DNA of 64,000 nt from Hyalangium minutum (GCF_000737315.1 NZ_JMCB01000008.1:525980-589979), one strand, 5' to 3'. Shown: positions 48,661-59,520, counted from the first letter of the stretch. Notes: generated by a model not told the origin, from the letters alone. Numbers and translations: made by a program.

Positions 48661-50336
48661 GCTGACTTCTTCTCCCGCAGCTCGCGGCGCAGGATCTTGC
48701 CCACGTTCGTCTTGGGCAGGTCCGTGCGGAACTCGATGTGCTTCGGGCGCTTGTAGCCGGTCAGCCGCTCCTTGCAGAACTCGCGCACGGCCTCCTCGGT
48801 CAGCGCCGGGTCCTTCTTGACGATGAACAGCTTGACCACCTCGCCCGAGTGCTCGTCTGGTACGCCTACCGCCGCGACCTCCAGCACTCCCGGACACTCC
48901 ATCACCACGCCCTCGAGCTCGTTCGGGTACACGTTGAAGCCGGACACCAGGATCATGTCCTTCTTGCGGTCCACGATCTTCGTGTAGCCGCGCTCGTCCA
49001 TGACGCCGACGTCGCCCGTCTTCAGAAAACCATCCGAGGTCATCACCCGCGCCGTCTCATCCGGCCGGTTCCAGTAGCCCGCCATCACCTGCGGGCCGCG
49101 GACGCAGATCTCTCCGGGCTGGCCCAGCGGCACCGACTTGCCGTCATCGTCGCGCAGCTCGAGCTCGGTGGACGGCAGCGGCAGTCCGATGGTGCCCGTG
49201 AAGATGTCCGTGTCGGTCGGGTTGCAAGTCACCGACGGAGAGGTCTCCGAGAGCCCATACCCCTCCACGATGGGGCACTTCGTGCGCTCCAGCCACTTGC
49301 GGGCCACGGCCTCCTGCACCGCCATGCCACCGCCGTTCGCCACGCGCAGATCGGAGAAGTCCACCTTGTCGAAGTCTGGGTGGTTGAGCATCGCGTTGTA
49401 GAGCGTGTTCACCGCCGGCAGCATGTGGACCTTCCACTTGCGGAGGTCCTTCAGCAGGCCGGCAATGTCGCGCGCATTGGGGATGAGCAGGGCCATCCCG
49501 CCGCTGCGCATGACGAGCAGGCAGCACACCGTGAGCGCGAAGATGTGGTACAGCGGCAGCGCCGTCACCATGATGATCTGATCGATGGGCGCGCCCTTGC
49601 GCAGCGAGGGCTGCATCCACGCCTCGGACTGGAGCACGTTGGCCACCACGTTGCGGTGCAGCAGCGTGGCCCCCTTGGACACGCCCGTGGTGCCCCCCGT
49701 GTACTGGAGGAAGGCCACGTCGTCCGGCTTCAGCTCCGCCGGCTTGAGCGTGAGTCTCTGGCCCTCCGCCAGCGCCGCGCTGAACGAGGTGCTGCCCGGC
49801 AGGGACCACTCCGGCACCAGCTTCTTCACGCGGCGGACGACGAAGTTGACGATCGTCCCCTTCACGGTGCCCAGCAAGTCACCCATGGTGGCCACCACCA
49901 CGTGCTTGACCGGCGCCTTGTCCAACACCTTCTGGAGGGTGCTGGCGAAGTTCTCGAGGATGATGATGGCCTCGGCGCCGCTGTCCTTCAGTTGGTGCTC
50001 GAGCTCGCGAGGGGTGTAGAGCGGGTTGACGTTGACCACGATGTAGCCCGCGCGCAGCACCGCGGCCAGGGCGACCGGGTACTGCAGGATGTTGGGCATC
50101 ATCAGGGCGACCCGGGACTTCGGTGCCAGCCCGCGCGACTGCAGCCACGCTCCGAGCTGGCGGGACAGCCGGTCCAACTCAGCGTAGGTCAGCGCCTTGT
50201 CCATGCAGACGAAGGCGCGGCGGGAGGCATTCTTCCGGAAGGACTCCTCCAGCAGGTGCACGAGGGAGGGGTACTCGCTGGGGTTGATCTCGCTCGGCAC
50301 ACCCTGGGGGTAATGCTTCAGCCACACCTTCTCCAT
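48657..50336 (-). CDS. fadD: Long-chain fatty acid--CoA ligase
   Basis: LQYTGGTTGVSKG AMP-binding motif, EGYGLSET, GFLKTGD, IVDRKKDMI, KTNVGKILRR. Confidence 0.9.
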   Translation of the reverse strand: MEKVWLKHYPQGVPSEINPSEYPSLVHLLEESFRKNASRRAFVCMDKALTYAELDRLSRQLGAWLQSRGLAPKSRVALMMPNILQYPVALAAVLRAGYIVVNVNPLYTPRELEHQLKDSGAEAIIILENFASTLQKVLDKAPVKHVVVATMGDLLGTVKGTIVNFVVRRVKKLVPEWSLPGSTSFSAALAEGQRLTLKPAELKPDDVAFLQYTGGTTGVSKGATLLHRNVVANVLQSEAWMQPSLRKGAPIDQIIMVTALPLYHIFALTVCCLLVMRSGGMALLIPNARDIAGLLKDLRKWKVHMLPAVNTLYNAMLNHPDFDKVDFSDLRVANGGGMAVQEAVARKWLERTKCPIVEGYGLSETSPSVTCNPTDTDIFTGTIGLPLPSTELELRDDDGKSVPLGQPGEICVRGPQVMAGYWNRPDETARVMTSDGFLKTGDVGVMDERGYTKIVDRKKDMILVSGFNVYPNELEGVVMECPGVLEVAAVGVPDEHSGEVVKLFIVKKDPALTEEAVREFCKERLTGYKRPKHIEFRTDLPKTNVGKILRRELREKKSA

Positions 50337-50511
50337 CGACGCGTCTCCTGGGCTGGGAATCGGAGCCTCGGAGCGTAGCGGGGCTCCAGGGTTGGGTGAA
50401 GCTCAGCACCCCTCCATTCAGCGGGCGAGCAACAAAGCATATGACCCAGAGCGTCATGACCTGCCGGGTCTTGCTCGCAGCATCGAGGCGCTCATGCTAC
50501 GCCGCCAACGC

Positions 50512-51474
50512 ATGTCCCTGCTTCTTGGAGTGCTCGCTGTCCTCGTCGCCACCGTGCTGGGCCTGCGGCAGTGGCTGCTGTACCGGGAGGGCCCCCCGCC
50601 CCCGCCCGAGTCCTTCGATGGCGACGTCTACACCGTGGGCAAGGCGGCCATCGCCGAGCGCCGCTGCGAGAACCCGCGCGCCACCGTCATCGGCATGCAC
50701 GGGTTCGTGGGTGACCTGCGCTACTTCACGGACCACTACCGCGACCCGGACCTGCAGCTCATCCTGCTGACAAGCTGCGACTACCACCTGCCCATCACCC
50801 AGCCTCGGTACAAGACAGCTCCGTGGGTGAAGGTGCCCACCCAGGAGGAGGGCTCCATCGCCTACGACGCCGCCGTGCTGGTGCAGGCCTTGGAGCACCT
50901 GCCGAGGACCCAGCGCATCCGCGTCCATGGGCACTCGCGAGGCGGCGCCGTCATCCTGGAGGCGGCGGCCCTGCGGCCGGACCTGTTCAAGCAGGTGGAA
51001 GTGGTGCTCGAGGCGCCCGTGCTCCCGCAGGCGCGCCCCTATGTGCCCACGACCGCCACGCAGCGCTGGTTCCTGCCGTTCGTGCTGCCCCTGTGGCAGC
51101 GGGAGCCCATCTCGCGGCGCAACCGGGGCGCCTGGGGCCCGCTGGAGAACACTCGGAAGCGCGAGCTCATCACGGCCTTCCCGTTCAACCCGAAGCGCGT
51201 GGCCACCATGGCGGCCAACCTGAAGGAGCTCGACTCCTGGATGAAGGCGCGCGACGTGTCGCTCTACCAGAACCTCGCGCGGGGCACGGTGCTGGTGCCG
51301 GGGAAGGACCGGGTGCTGGACACCCACTCCATGCTGGAGAGCGCCCAGAAGGCGGGCCCCGCGCTGAACGTGGTGAAGTTGGACGGCTGCAGCCACTTCG
51401 TCATCTGGGATCGTCCGGACGCGCTGCCCACCCTGGAGCGCTCGGAGGCAGCGCGCGAGGCCCTCGCCTCGTAG
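50512..51474 (+). CDS. Alpha/beta hydrolase with N-terminal membrane anchor
   Basis: MHGF oxyanion motif, GHSRGG nucleophile elbow, C-terminal SHF. Confidence 0.85.
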   Translation: MSLLLGVLAVLVATVLGLRQWLLYREGPPPPPESFDGDVYTVGKAAIAERRCENPRATVIGMHGFVGDLRYFTDHYRDPDLQLILLTSCDYHLPITQPRYKTAPWVKVPTQEEGSIAYDAAVLVQALEHLPRTQRIRVHGHSRGGAVILEAAALRPDLFKQVEVVLEAPVLPQARPYVPTTATQRWFLPFVLPLWQREPISRRNRGAWGPLENTRKRELITAFPFNPKRVATMAANLKELDSWMKARDVSLYQNLARGTVLVPGKDRVLDTHSMLESAQKAGPALNVVKLDGCSHFVIWDRPDALPTLERSEAAREALAS

Positions 51475-51516
51475 ACATCGGGGGGAATGTCGGGGCTCTT
51501 CGGAGCGCCAGCTCCC

Positions 51517-52422
51517 TCAGGCCAGCACCACCACGTTGCGCAGGGGCTGGAGCGGCAGGGTTGCCAGCGGCTCGGAGCGCGACGGCGCGGACAGCTCGGC
51601 ACAGTGGCGGTAGCCGATGGTCTGCAGCTCGTCGCGAAGCTCGGCCAGCGAGGAGCCCGCAGCAGTAGCAGCCTGGGCGTTCAGCTCGAGCAACAGGGGC
51701 GGAAGCGATGACAGCGCCCGCCGTCCCCCGCGCAGGGCCCCGAGCTCGCCGCCCTCGCAGTCCATCTTCACCAGCGCGTTCTCCCGAGGGATGGGCTCCG
51801 GGAGAAGCTCGTCGAGCCGAGCCACACGGACCTCCAAGCGCTCATGCCGCCCTTGCGCGGAGAAGGCCGCGTGCAGCCCGCCCGAGCCAGACCCCGCCGC
51901 CGGAATGAAGAAGGTCGACGCGCCAGCCTGCTCTCCGAGTGCCAGCTCGTGCACAGTCCCCTGCCGCATCCCATTGGACGCCAGAGACTGGCGCAGCAGC
52001 CGCGCGAGCAGGGGCTGCGGCTCGAAGGCCACCACGCGCCCCGTGGGGCCCACGCGCCGGCCCGCCAGGAGCGTGTAGCTGCCGTGGTTGGCGCCAATGT
52101 CCAGCATCATCCCGCCGGGCCCGAGCGTCCGCTCGATGAGCTGCGCCTCCGCGCCCCTCCCCTGCAGTTCGCCCAGCACCCAGAGCCACCGGTTGTCGAG
52201 CAGGTCCACGTGTACGGTCAGCCCGTCCACTCGGAACGCCTGCTCTCGCGGCAGGCCTCGCCATCGGATGAGGTCCTGCATCCGCCGCAGCAGGAACGAG
52301 CCTCCCCGCGCCAACTGCGTCTCCGGGTCGATCATCCGCCGCAGGTACGCGCCATACACGCTCAGGTGGAGCGGGAGCGTTCGGAGCAACTGCGCGTCTT
52401 CGTACCAGGGATGGGGCTGCAT
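51517..52422 (-). CDS. FkbM family methyltransferase
   Basis: LDIGANHG, VVAFEP, VKMDCEG. Confidence 0.88.
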   Translation of the reverse strand: MQPHPWYEDAQLLRTLPLHLSVYGAYLRRMIDPETQLARGGSFLLRRMQDLIRWRGLPREQAFRVDGLTVHVDLLDNRWLWVLGELQGRGAEAQLIERTLGPGGMMLDIGANHGSYTLLAGRRVGPTGRVVAFEPQPLLARLLRQSLASNGMRQGTVHELALGEQAGASTFFIPAAGSGSGGLHAAFSAQGRHERLEVRVARLDELLPEPIPRENALVKMDCEGGELGALRGGRRALSSLPPLLLELNAQAATAAGSSLAELRDELQTIGYRHCAELSAPSRSEPLATLPLQPLRNVVVLA

Positions 52423-52424
52423 GC

Positions 52425-54254
52425 TCAGTCGCGAATTTCCTGCAGCTCGCGCTGGGCGATGACCGCCAGGTCTTCCAGGGCCTGGTGATCCTCGGGCTGC
52501 AGGTGCCGAGGGCGGCTGTCGAAGAGGCACAGGGTGCCCACGGCGTGGCCCTGGGACGTCCGGAGGGGAACACCGGCGTAGAAGCGGTAGTGGTACTTGG
52601 TGAAGAGCAGGTTGTCTCCGAAGCGCTCGTCCTCCCGCGAGTCCGGGATGACCATCACGTCCCGGCCCAGGATCGTGTGCGCGCACAGGGAGATGGCCCG
52701 CGGGAGGATGTCCGGCCCCTCGCAGTTCATCCCCTTGCACACCTGCTGGTCCCGGTTGATGAGGTTCACCGCCGACACGGGCACGTCCAGCACCCGGGCC
52801 GCGATGCGGGCGATCCGATCGAAGCGCTCCTCCCGCCCCGCTCTCAAGACGTCCAGCTCCTCCAGCGCCGCAATGCGATCGATCTCGTTGGCCGGCAGAT
52901 CCGCCGGGCTCCAGCGCAGGCGCGAGCGGAGCATCCAGGCGCGCGCCTTGGTGCGCACATGCGCGGGGTTGAAGGGCCGGACCAGCCAGTCCGTAACTCC
53001 CGTCAAATAGCCCCGGGCCAGATCCTCCGGGTGCGTCGCATCCACCACGAGGACGATGGGCACGTCATGCAGATCGTACTGCGTCATGGCGCGCAGCTCG
53101 CGGCAGTACTCCATCCCGTCCTGCGCGCCAGGACCGTGCTCGATAATCACGAGCGCCGGGTGCTCTTCCGCGAGCAGCGGGAGCTCCGACAGCTTGCCGA
53201 TCTCGGTGGCCACCAGCCCGTCCTCCGCGAGCGCCTCGCGCACCAGCCGGGCCGTGGGCTCATGGCGGATCGCCAGCGCCACGCGCTGCCCGCGGGTGGG
53301 GGGGGACAGCTCGGCCGGCAGTGGCACGGGCGTCAGGTTCGGGCGAGCCCCCACCGCGCGCATCCTCCGCGAGGCCCGCCCCGCCAGCTCGATGCTCTCC
53401 CGCTCGGCGGCGGCGAAGATCTCCAGCGGACTGCCCAGCCGCGCCGCCCGCTCCTGGGCCATCTCCACCACCCGGTCCAACTGCTCGTCCGTGCGCATCG
53501 GGTCGTGGTGGAACAGCCCCAGGCGCTTCACCCCCGCGTCGCAGGCGATGTCGACCAGGTACTCCACGGTGCTGTGTCCCCAGCCGATCTTGCTGGGGTA
53601 CTCGGCCGCCGTGTACTGCGCGTCGTGCACCAGCAGGTCCACGCCGCGGATGAACTCCAGGTGCCGGCTGTCCTCCGGGTGGTGCCAGCCTTCCGCCTGG
53701 CCGCGCCCACAAGCCTGGGTGCGGCCATGGGGCTCATGGTCGGTGACATAGGCGAACGTCGCCCCGCCCACCTCCACGCGGTAGCCCAGCGTGAGCGCCG
53801 GGTGGTTGAGGTAGCGGCTGGTGATGAGCGCGTCCTCCACCGCCACCGTCTGCTCGAGCAGCTCGTGGTAGCGCAGCGTGGCGCCCAGCGAGTCCAGGGG
53901 GACCGGGAAGTAGGTGTACTGCATCTGCCCGGCGAGCGTCTGCTGGAGCTCGCCCTCCATGCCCTTGGGGGCGTAGATGTCCCACTCGTTACCGGGGACG
54001 AACAGGGGCGAGAAGAACGGCAATCCCTGGATGTGGTCCCAGTGGGTGTGGCCGATGAACAGGTGCCCGCGAACGGGCTTGGGCCCCGCCATGAGCTCCT
54101 GCCCGAGCGCTTGGGCTCCCGTCCCACAATCGAACACGATGCACGCCCCGCCTGGGGTACGCACCTCGACGCACGAGGTGTTACCGCCATAGCGCAGGGT
54201 GGTGGGACCAGGCTTTGGCAAGGAACCACGGGTGCCCCAGAAGCAGATGCGCAT
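52425..54254 (-). CDS. MBL-fold metallohydrolase + atypical receiver + GAF protein
   Basis: WGTRGS..YGGNTSC, HTHWDHIQG, LNHPA, WGHS, FHHDP; receiver-like region; RIAALEEL..FYAGVPL..GTLC GAF domain. Confidence 0.88.
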   Translation of the reverse strand: MRICFWGTRGSLPKPGPTTLRYGGNTSCVEVRTPGGACIVFDCGTGAQALGQELMAGPKPVRGHLFIGHTHWDHIQGLPFFSPLFVPGNEWDIYAPKGMEGELQQTLAGQMQYTYFPVPLDSLGATLRYHELLEQTVAVEDALITSRYLNHPALTLGYRVEVGGATFAYVTDHEPHGRTQACGRGQAEGWHHPEDSRHLEFIRGVDLLVHDAQYTAAEYPSKIGWGHSTVEYLVDIACDAGVKRLGLFHHDPMRTDEQLDRVVEMAQERAARLGSPLEIFAAAERESIELAGRASRRMRAVGARPNLTPVPLPAELSPPTRGQRVALAIRHEPTARLVREALAEDGLVATEIGKLSELPLLAEEHPALVIIEHGPGAQDGMEYCRELRAMTQYDLHDVPIVLVVDATHPEDLARGYLTGVTDWLVRPFNPAHVRTKARAWMLRSRLRWSPADLPANEIDRIAALEELDVLRAGREERFDRIARIAARVLDVPVSAVNLINRDQQVCKGMNCEGPDILPRAISLCAHTILGRDVMVIPDSREDERFGDNLLFTKYHYRFYAGVPLRTSQGHAVGTLCLFDSRPRHLQPEDHQALEDLAVIAQRELQEIRD

Positions 54255-54357
54255 GCCGCCCTCTCTCCCGGGCGCCCGCTCCTGATGAGCGCCCAATGAC
54301 ATTCTGCCCGATCAGGACGACGCCTGTGCCAGGGGGGCCCCTTCCGGCCCATTTCCA

Positions 54358-55797
54358 GTGTACAAGCCCCAGTCCATGAGTCCCGGCTTTGGACGTGATC
54401 TGACCACCGGCAGCATCCCCCGCCATATGGTGGCCTTCTCCATCCCCATGCTCGTGGGGAGCTTCCTGCAAACAGCTTACAGCTTCGTCAACGCCATCTG
54501 GGTCGGCCAGTTTCTGGGCACCGCCGCCCTGGCCACGGTGACGGTGAGCTTCCCCGTCATCTTCGTCCTGGCCGCCATCGGCATGGGGCTCACGATGGCG
54601 ACCAACATCCTCGTGTCGCAGAACTATGGCGCCAAACGGATGGACGCACTGCGCCAAGTCGTCGACAGCTCCACGGTGCTGATCTACAGCCTGGCCATCG
54701 TGCTCACGGTGCTGGGAGAGCTGCTCGCTCCGAGCATCCTGCGCGCCATGGACACGCCCGAGGACATCTTCGAGCCCTCCGTGAGCTACCTACGGGTCTT
54801 CTTGCTCACCCTTCCCTTCAGCTTCGGGGTGTTCGTCATCCGGAGCATGCTCCAAGGGGTGGGCGACTCGAAGACGCCGCTCTACTTCCAGGTCGGCTCC
54901 CTCCTCGCCACCACGGCGCTCGATCCGGTGCTGATGTTCGGATGGCTGGGGCTCCCGAAGCTGGGCCTGGTCGGCACGGCGTGGGCCTCCCTGGTCTCCC
55001 AGATTGGGCTGCTCTTGGCCCTGATCGTCTGGCTCCGCAGGAAGAAAAGCCCTGTGGCTCCGGCCTGGCCGCGCTTGAGCCACCTGGGGCCGGTCACCTG
55101 GCAGACGCTGCGGATTGGCCTGCCCTCGTCCGTGCAGCAGTCCTTCATCTCCATTGGCATCGTGCTGGTCACCGGCATCGTCAACGGCTTTGGAGAGGTG
55201 GCCACCGCCGCCTTTGGCGCGGCCTCGCGCATTGATCAGATTGCGTTCATGCCAGCCATGACGTTCGGTATGGCGATCTCGACCCTGGCCGGACAGAACC
55301 TGGGGGCGGGTCACCACCACCGGGTGAAGGAGATCTTCTGGTGGGGGTGCCTGTTCAGCGGGGGCATCACGCTCATCATCTCGGTGGTGGCCGTGCTGTT
55401 CCCCGAGGCCCTGCTGCGAATCTTCGTCAAGGATGCCCCTGTCCTCGAGCTGGGCGTCTCGTACCTGCACATCGTCGGGGCCTGCTACGTCTTCTTCGCC
55501 CTGCTCTTCGTCAGCAACGGCATCATCAATGGCGCGGGCCACACGCTGACGACCACGGTGTTCTCGCTGATCAGCCTGTGGGTGGTGCGCGTCCCCGGGG
55601 CCTACTGGCTGTCGCGAAGCCTGGGCCACGTGCGGGGGGTCTGGTACGCCCTGTCGCTGAGCTTCCTCGTCTCGTTCTTCGTCAGCATGGCGTACTACTT
55701 CTCGGGCCGCTGGAGGAAGCCGATCGCCAAGAAGGCGCCGGGGCCGGCCGCGCCGGATCCCGCCGAGGTCTTCGGCCATGAGACGGGCGAGGCCTGA
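54358..55797 (+). CDS. MATE family efflux transporter
   Basis: 12-TM pattern, GDSKTPL, LDPVLMFG, GQNLGAG. Confidence 0.9.
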   Translation: MYKPQSMSPGFGRDLTTGSIPRHMVAFSIPMLVGSFLQTAYSFVNAIWVGQFLGTAALATVTVSFPVIFVLAAIGMGLTMATNILVSQNYGAKRMDALRQVVDSSTVLIYSLAIVLTVLGELLAPSILRAMDTPEDIFEPSVSYLRVFLLTLPFSFGVFVIRSMLQGVGDSKTPLYFQVGSLLATTALDPVLMFGWLGLPKLGLVGTAWASLVSQIGLLLALIVWLRRKKSPVAPAWPRLSHLGPVTWQTLRIGLPSSVQQSFISIGIVLVTGIVNGFGEVATAAFGAASRIDQIAFMPAMTFGMAISTLAGQNLGAGHHHRVKEIFWWGCLFSGGITLIISVVAVLFPEALLRIFVKDAPVLELGVSYLHIVGACYVFFALLFVSNGIINGAGHTLTTTVFSLISLWVVRVPGAYWLSRSLGHVRGVWYALSLSFLVSFFVSMAYYFSGRWRKPIAKKAPGPAAPDPAEVFGHETGEA

Positions 55798-55829
55798 GCA
55801 GGGACTCAGCCCTCTCTTAAGGAGACGCG

Positions 55830-56063
55830 ATGGCAGACGACAGCCGCTGGGCCAACCTGGTGAACACGGCGTTCCTCCTGGACCAGACTCCGCGGGTCTC
55901 GGGCCCTGAGGGGCTCCAGCCAGCCCTCACCATGCTCCAGAGCGCCCTGGAGGTGTTCCCTTCGAGCATTGATCCCGTGGAGGACTTCGAGGGCTATGCC
56001 GTGCGCCGGCTGCTCCTAGCGCTGCAGGACTACCTGAGCCACACGCAGCACGGAGGGAAGTGA
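55830..56063 (+). CDS. Small hypothetical protein
   Basis: AAGGAG RBS, ATG start, 77 aa. Confidence 0.65.
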   Translation: MADDSRWANLVNTAFLLDQTPRVSGPEGLQPALTMLQSALEVFPSSIDPVEDFEGYAVRRLLLALQDYLSHTQHGGK

Positions 56064-56086
56064 CGCAGGCCCACGCAGGGCCGCGG

Positions 56087-56126
56087 AAAACAAAAACCCC
56101 GAGGCACCTCCGTGGGCGCCTCGGGG
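56087..56126 (-). terminator. Rho-independent terminator for the protease gene
   Basis: CCCCGAGGCACC/GGGCGCCTCGGGG hairpin followed by a U-tract on the minus strand. Confidence 0.75.
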
Positions 56127-56178
56127 CTCAGTGCGGCCGGGGCGGCGGAGCTCGCCGCCGCCGCCGAAGACCCGCTGC

Positions 56179-57318
56179 TTACGGAACGGTCGCGGTCAGC
56201 GACACGCCCGAGAAGGTCGAGTACCCGCGCACGGACACGTACCAAGTCCCCGCCGCCGGGTTGGTGATGGTGCACGTCTCGGCGTTGCCGCTCAGGTACG
56301 GACGGCAGTTGTACGTCGTCGTCGTCGGCTGCGAGCCCTGACGCACATACAGGTCCGCGTCACCCGTGCCGCCGGACTGATTCACCGTCAGCGTCGCGGC
56401 GCCCGACGGAACCTCGATGGCGAAGTGCTGGAAGCTGCTGCTCGCGCCCGACAGGCCCGTCTTCGACAGCAGCGTCGTCGTCGTGCCGCTGATCTTCGAG
56501 GTGATCCAGCTCTCGAACGACGACACGCGCGAGTACATGCCCGGGTAACGCGAGTCCGCGCAGCCGTAGCCCCAGCTCACCACACCAGCCAGAACGCGGG
56601 TGCTGCCATTGAGCACCGTCAGCGGACCGCCGCTGTCACCCTGGCACGAGTCCTTGCCCGGGGCCGCCGCCGCCAGCTGGTCCGCGGTGATCGTCTCCTG
56701 GGGGTACGAAGACTGCGCCGAGCTGTTGCTGACGATGTTCACATCCACCGTCTGCAGCGTGTCGGGGCTCGAGCCGTTGCTGGACAGCGTGCCCCAGCCG
56801 GTGACGCGCGTCACCACGCCGGTGTTCGTGACGCCCGCGGTGGCGTCCGCCGCCGTCACCAGGCCAATCGCCTTCACGCTCGCGCCGCTCAGGTCCAGCG
56901 GAGTGGACAGACGCAGCAGCGCCACGTCCTTGCCCTTCGAAGCATCCACGTAGCCCGGATAGACAATCACCTCAGCCACCGAGCGAACCTGTCCGGAGCC
57001 GCTGATCGTCGTGGTGCCCGCCTCCACGCGCGCGGGCTTGCTGATGGTGCCGCTGTCGTTCACGCAGTGCTGCGCGGTGAGGATCCAGTTCGCGTTGAGC
57101 ACCGAGCCGCCACAGAAGTGGAAGCCCGAGCTGGTCTGCAGCGACACCTGCCAGGGGTTGTTGGCGATCGTCGTCGCGGTGCCACCGACGATCTCCTGCT
57201 CACTGGACAGCAGCGACTCCGGCGACTGCGTCTCCTCGAGCATCTCGGGGCCACAACCCGCCAGCAGAGACAGCGTGGTGGCAGCCGCCCAGCGGCGCAG
57301 GAACTTGCGGGAAGACAT
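56179..57318 (-). CDS. Trypsin-like S1 serine protease with C-terminal PPC domain
   Basis: IVGG, LTAQHC, DVALL, GDSGGP triad; [14 protein letters not shown] motif; LLAGC lipobox. Confidence 0.95.
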   Translation of the reverse strand: MSSRKFLRRWAAATTLSLLAGCGPEMLEETQSPESLLSSEQEIVGGTATTIANNPWQVSLQTSSGFHFCGGSVLNANWILTAQHCVNDSGTISKPARVEAGTTTISGSGQVRSVAEVIVYPGYVDASKGKDVALLRLSTPLDLSGASVKAIGLVTAADATAGVTNTGVVTRVTGWGTLSSNGSSPDTLQTVDVNIVSNSSAQSSYPQETITADQLAAAAPGKDSCQGDSGGPLTVLNGSTRVLAGVVSWGYGCADSRYPGMYSRVSSFESWITSKISGTTTTLLSKTGLSGASSSFQHFAIEVPSGAATLTVNQSGGTGDADLYVRQGSQPTTTTYNCRPYLSGNAETCTITNPAAGTWYVSVRGYSTFSGVSLTATVP

Positions 57319-57652
57319 GGGTACCTCTCGGGGGATTGGGGGAAAAAGCGCGGGCACTCTGAGAGAACCCAGTATCTGTCGTCAACCCCGTGCTCTTCTT
57401 TTTCCTCTAATCACCTGCTTTCACTGCAAGATTCTTGTCTGATTGTCTTTGGGGTGATCACGAGGTATGCCGCTCGGCGGCCTCCTCCAGCACCACGTCC
57501 CGCTCGCGGCTGAAGATGGCCTCGTCGATCTCCTCGCAGGTCAGAAGAGCCGAGGGGTCATCCAGCCAGGGTCTGGCAATCCCTCTCAAGGACCTATGCG
57601 CCTTCAGTCGCAGCTTGAAGTGCTTGACGTCCGAGGACCGATTCTTCTCGGC

Positions 57653-58714
57653 TTACCTGCTGGCTCCCGCTGGGCCCTGCGCCCCCACGGCCACGGACCG
57701 CAGCCGGTGCAGGAACCGGAAGTAGGTGCGGTTGATCATCGGGTGATGGGCGTCCGTGGGACCGAAGTCGCTGTCAGGGTGGAACGCGAGCACGGTGAGC
57801 GCCGACCGGCCTGTTCCAGGCGCGTCGCGTGTGTGAAAGGCGTGGTAGGTCTCGGGCGGCAGGAAGAAGATGCTCCCCTTCGTGAGCGGGTGGTCTCCCA
57901 TGGGGGTCTTGCACAGCCCCTCCCCCGCGATGACGGCGCCACAGCGGACGCTCGGGTGCAGGTGCCGCGTCTGGTGGGTGGCCGGTGGGAAGTAGAGGGC
58001 GTTGAGGCAGGGGTCTCCGCGCTTCACCGGGGCGATGAGCAGCGTGTCCGTGCAGCCATCGATGTACTCCAGCCGTCCCCAGTCCTCGATCTCCCCACCG
58101 AAGAGCGTGAGCCCCTTGTAATGGAAGCGCGTGGTCACCACGCACTGGCCTGTCCCATCAAGGGTAGCGGCACCCGCGACACAGAAGAAGGTGTTAGCGC
58201 CAACGGTCACTCTGCGGCCTCGCTCCGTGACAGCGCACTCCCCCTCCAGCACGTAGCCATAGTGCGTGGAACTCTCTTCCAGAGCGGTCACCTCGCCGGG
58301 CGGGTGGCAGAAGAGCCGGAGAGGGTGGTGGACATTGCGGTCCAGGCAGCCGGTCTTGCGCAGGAGCAGGGAGATGCTCTCACCGAGCTCCTTCGGCGGC
58401 TCGGGAACACCCAGCTCCCGGAGGCACGCGGCCACCTGAGGCCCCAACTGCCGCTCACCGGTGAAGGCCTCGAGGCTCGCGGCGAAGTCCGCCTCGTCCT
58501 CGGTGACCCCAAGGCTGACGAGAACTCGCCCCAGACTCCGTTCCACCTCACCATCCGAGCCCGCGCCAGAGAGCTGCCGGAGATCGACCGAGCGCCGGAG
58601 CCTCTCGAGATCCGTCATGCCCGCGGGCTCTCGAAAGTCGATCGTGAGTCCGGGGGCGTAGGCCTCGACCAGGAAGGTATTGGGGCTGATGACCACCCTG
58701 CCCTTCCGGCTCAC
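57653..58714 (-). CDS. Cupin-fold protein with uncharacterised N-terminal extension
   Basis: GRLEYIDGCTD, QTRHLHPS, YHAFHT, FHPDSDFGPT..HPMINRT; GTG start overlaps the upstream stop. Confidence 0.75.
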   Translation of the reverse strand: MSRKGRVVISPNTFLVEAYAPGLTIDFREPAGMTDLERLRRSVDLRQLSGAGSDGEVERSLGRVLVSLGVTEDEADFAASLEAFTGERQLGPQVAACLRELGVPEPPKELGESISLLLRKTGCLDRNVHHPLRLFCHPPGEVTALEESSTHYGYVLEGECAVTERGRRVTVGANTFFCVAGAATLDGTGQCVVTTRFHYKGLTLFGGEIEDWGRLEYIDGCTDTLLIAPVKRGDPCLNALYFPPATHQTRHLHPSVRCGAVIAGEGLCKTPMGDHPLTKGSIFFLPPETYHAFHTRDAPGTGRSALTVLAFHPDSDFGPTDAHHPMINRTYFRFLHRLRSVAVGAQGPAGASR

Positions 58715-59520
58715 TCCTTCTCCTTGGGCTCGGGCGGCTCCCACGAGAACGCCACGGTCGGTGCCTTCACGGCCTTGGCGTCCTTCATGAGGAAGCCCTC
58801 GGTGCGCTTGGCCGCGCGATCCAGCGCAGGCTTCAGCGAAGCGGGGATGGGCAACAGGATGCCCACCACGAAAAAATTCCCCCGGCACGCTTCGCTGGCG
58901 TAGCCGAACGCGATGCGCACGGCGACCTTGTTGCCCTCGATGTGATGGAACGCGACCCCGCGCTCGACGGCGTCGAGCCCGTACCGGAAGCCCACGCAGT
59001 CCTCTCCCTCATCCAGGGTCTCCAGCATCGCCTCCACCGTCTTGGCAGCATCAAACGCCTTCTGATCGCTGATGTGCTTGCGCACGAAGGTGTCCGCCTT
59101 GAGCGCCTTCAGCACGTCCTTCTCGGGGAACACCTTCATCAGTGAGAACGAGCCCTGCTCCTTCGAGACGTCCTTGAGCACATAGGACGTGCTCGCGTAC
59201 GGGTGCGCGCCCCCTGTGAAGCCCGAGTTCGACTCCTCGTAGCTCACCCACGGGCCCACCACCGACAGCACCTTGAAGGACTGGAAGGCCTCCCAGCCCG
59301 TCGGATCTTGGCCCTCCTCCACCTCGAAATTGGAGAGGAACCCCTTCTCGCGCGACTTCAGGCCAAAGACTTCCTTGCCGCCACGCAGGGCCCGCAGGTC
59401 CTCCGCCGTCATCTCGAACGCCACGTCCGTGCCGCTCACCTTCCACTTGAGGGGCGCAGCCGCAGCCGGCTGAGCCGGAGCGGCGAGCAGCACCACCATC
59501 ACCACGGAGCTCATGAACAT
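58711..59520 (-). CDS. Secreted hypothetical protein
   Basis: Signal peptide VVMVVLLAAPAQPAAAA; two Cys; co-oriented with the cupin gene. Confidence 0.75.
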   Translation of the reverse strand: MFMSSVVMVVLLAAPAQPAAAAPLKWKVSGTDVAFEMTAEDLRALRGGKEVFGLKSREKGFLSNFEVEEGQDPTGWEAFQSFKVLSVVGPWVSYEESNSGFTGGAHPYASTSYVLKDVSKEQGSFSLMKVFPEKDVLKALKADTFVRKHISDQKAFDAAKTVEAMLETLDEGEDCVGFRYGLDAVERGVAFHHIEGNKVAVRIAFGYASEACRGNFFVVGILLPIPASLKPALDRAAKRTEGFLMKDAKAVKAPTVAFSWEPPEPKEKE

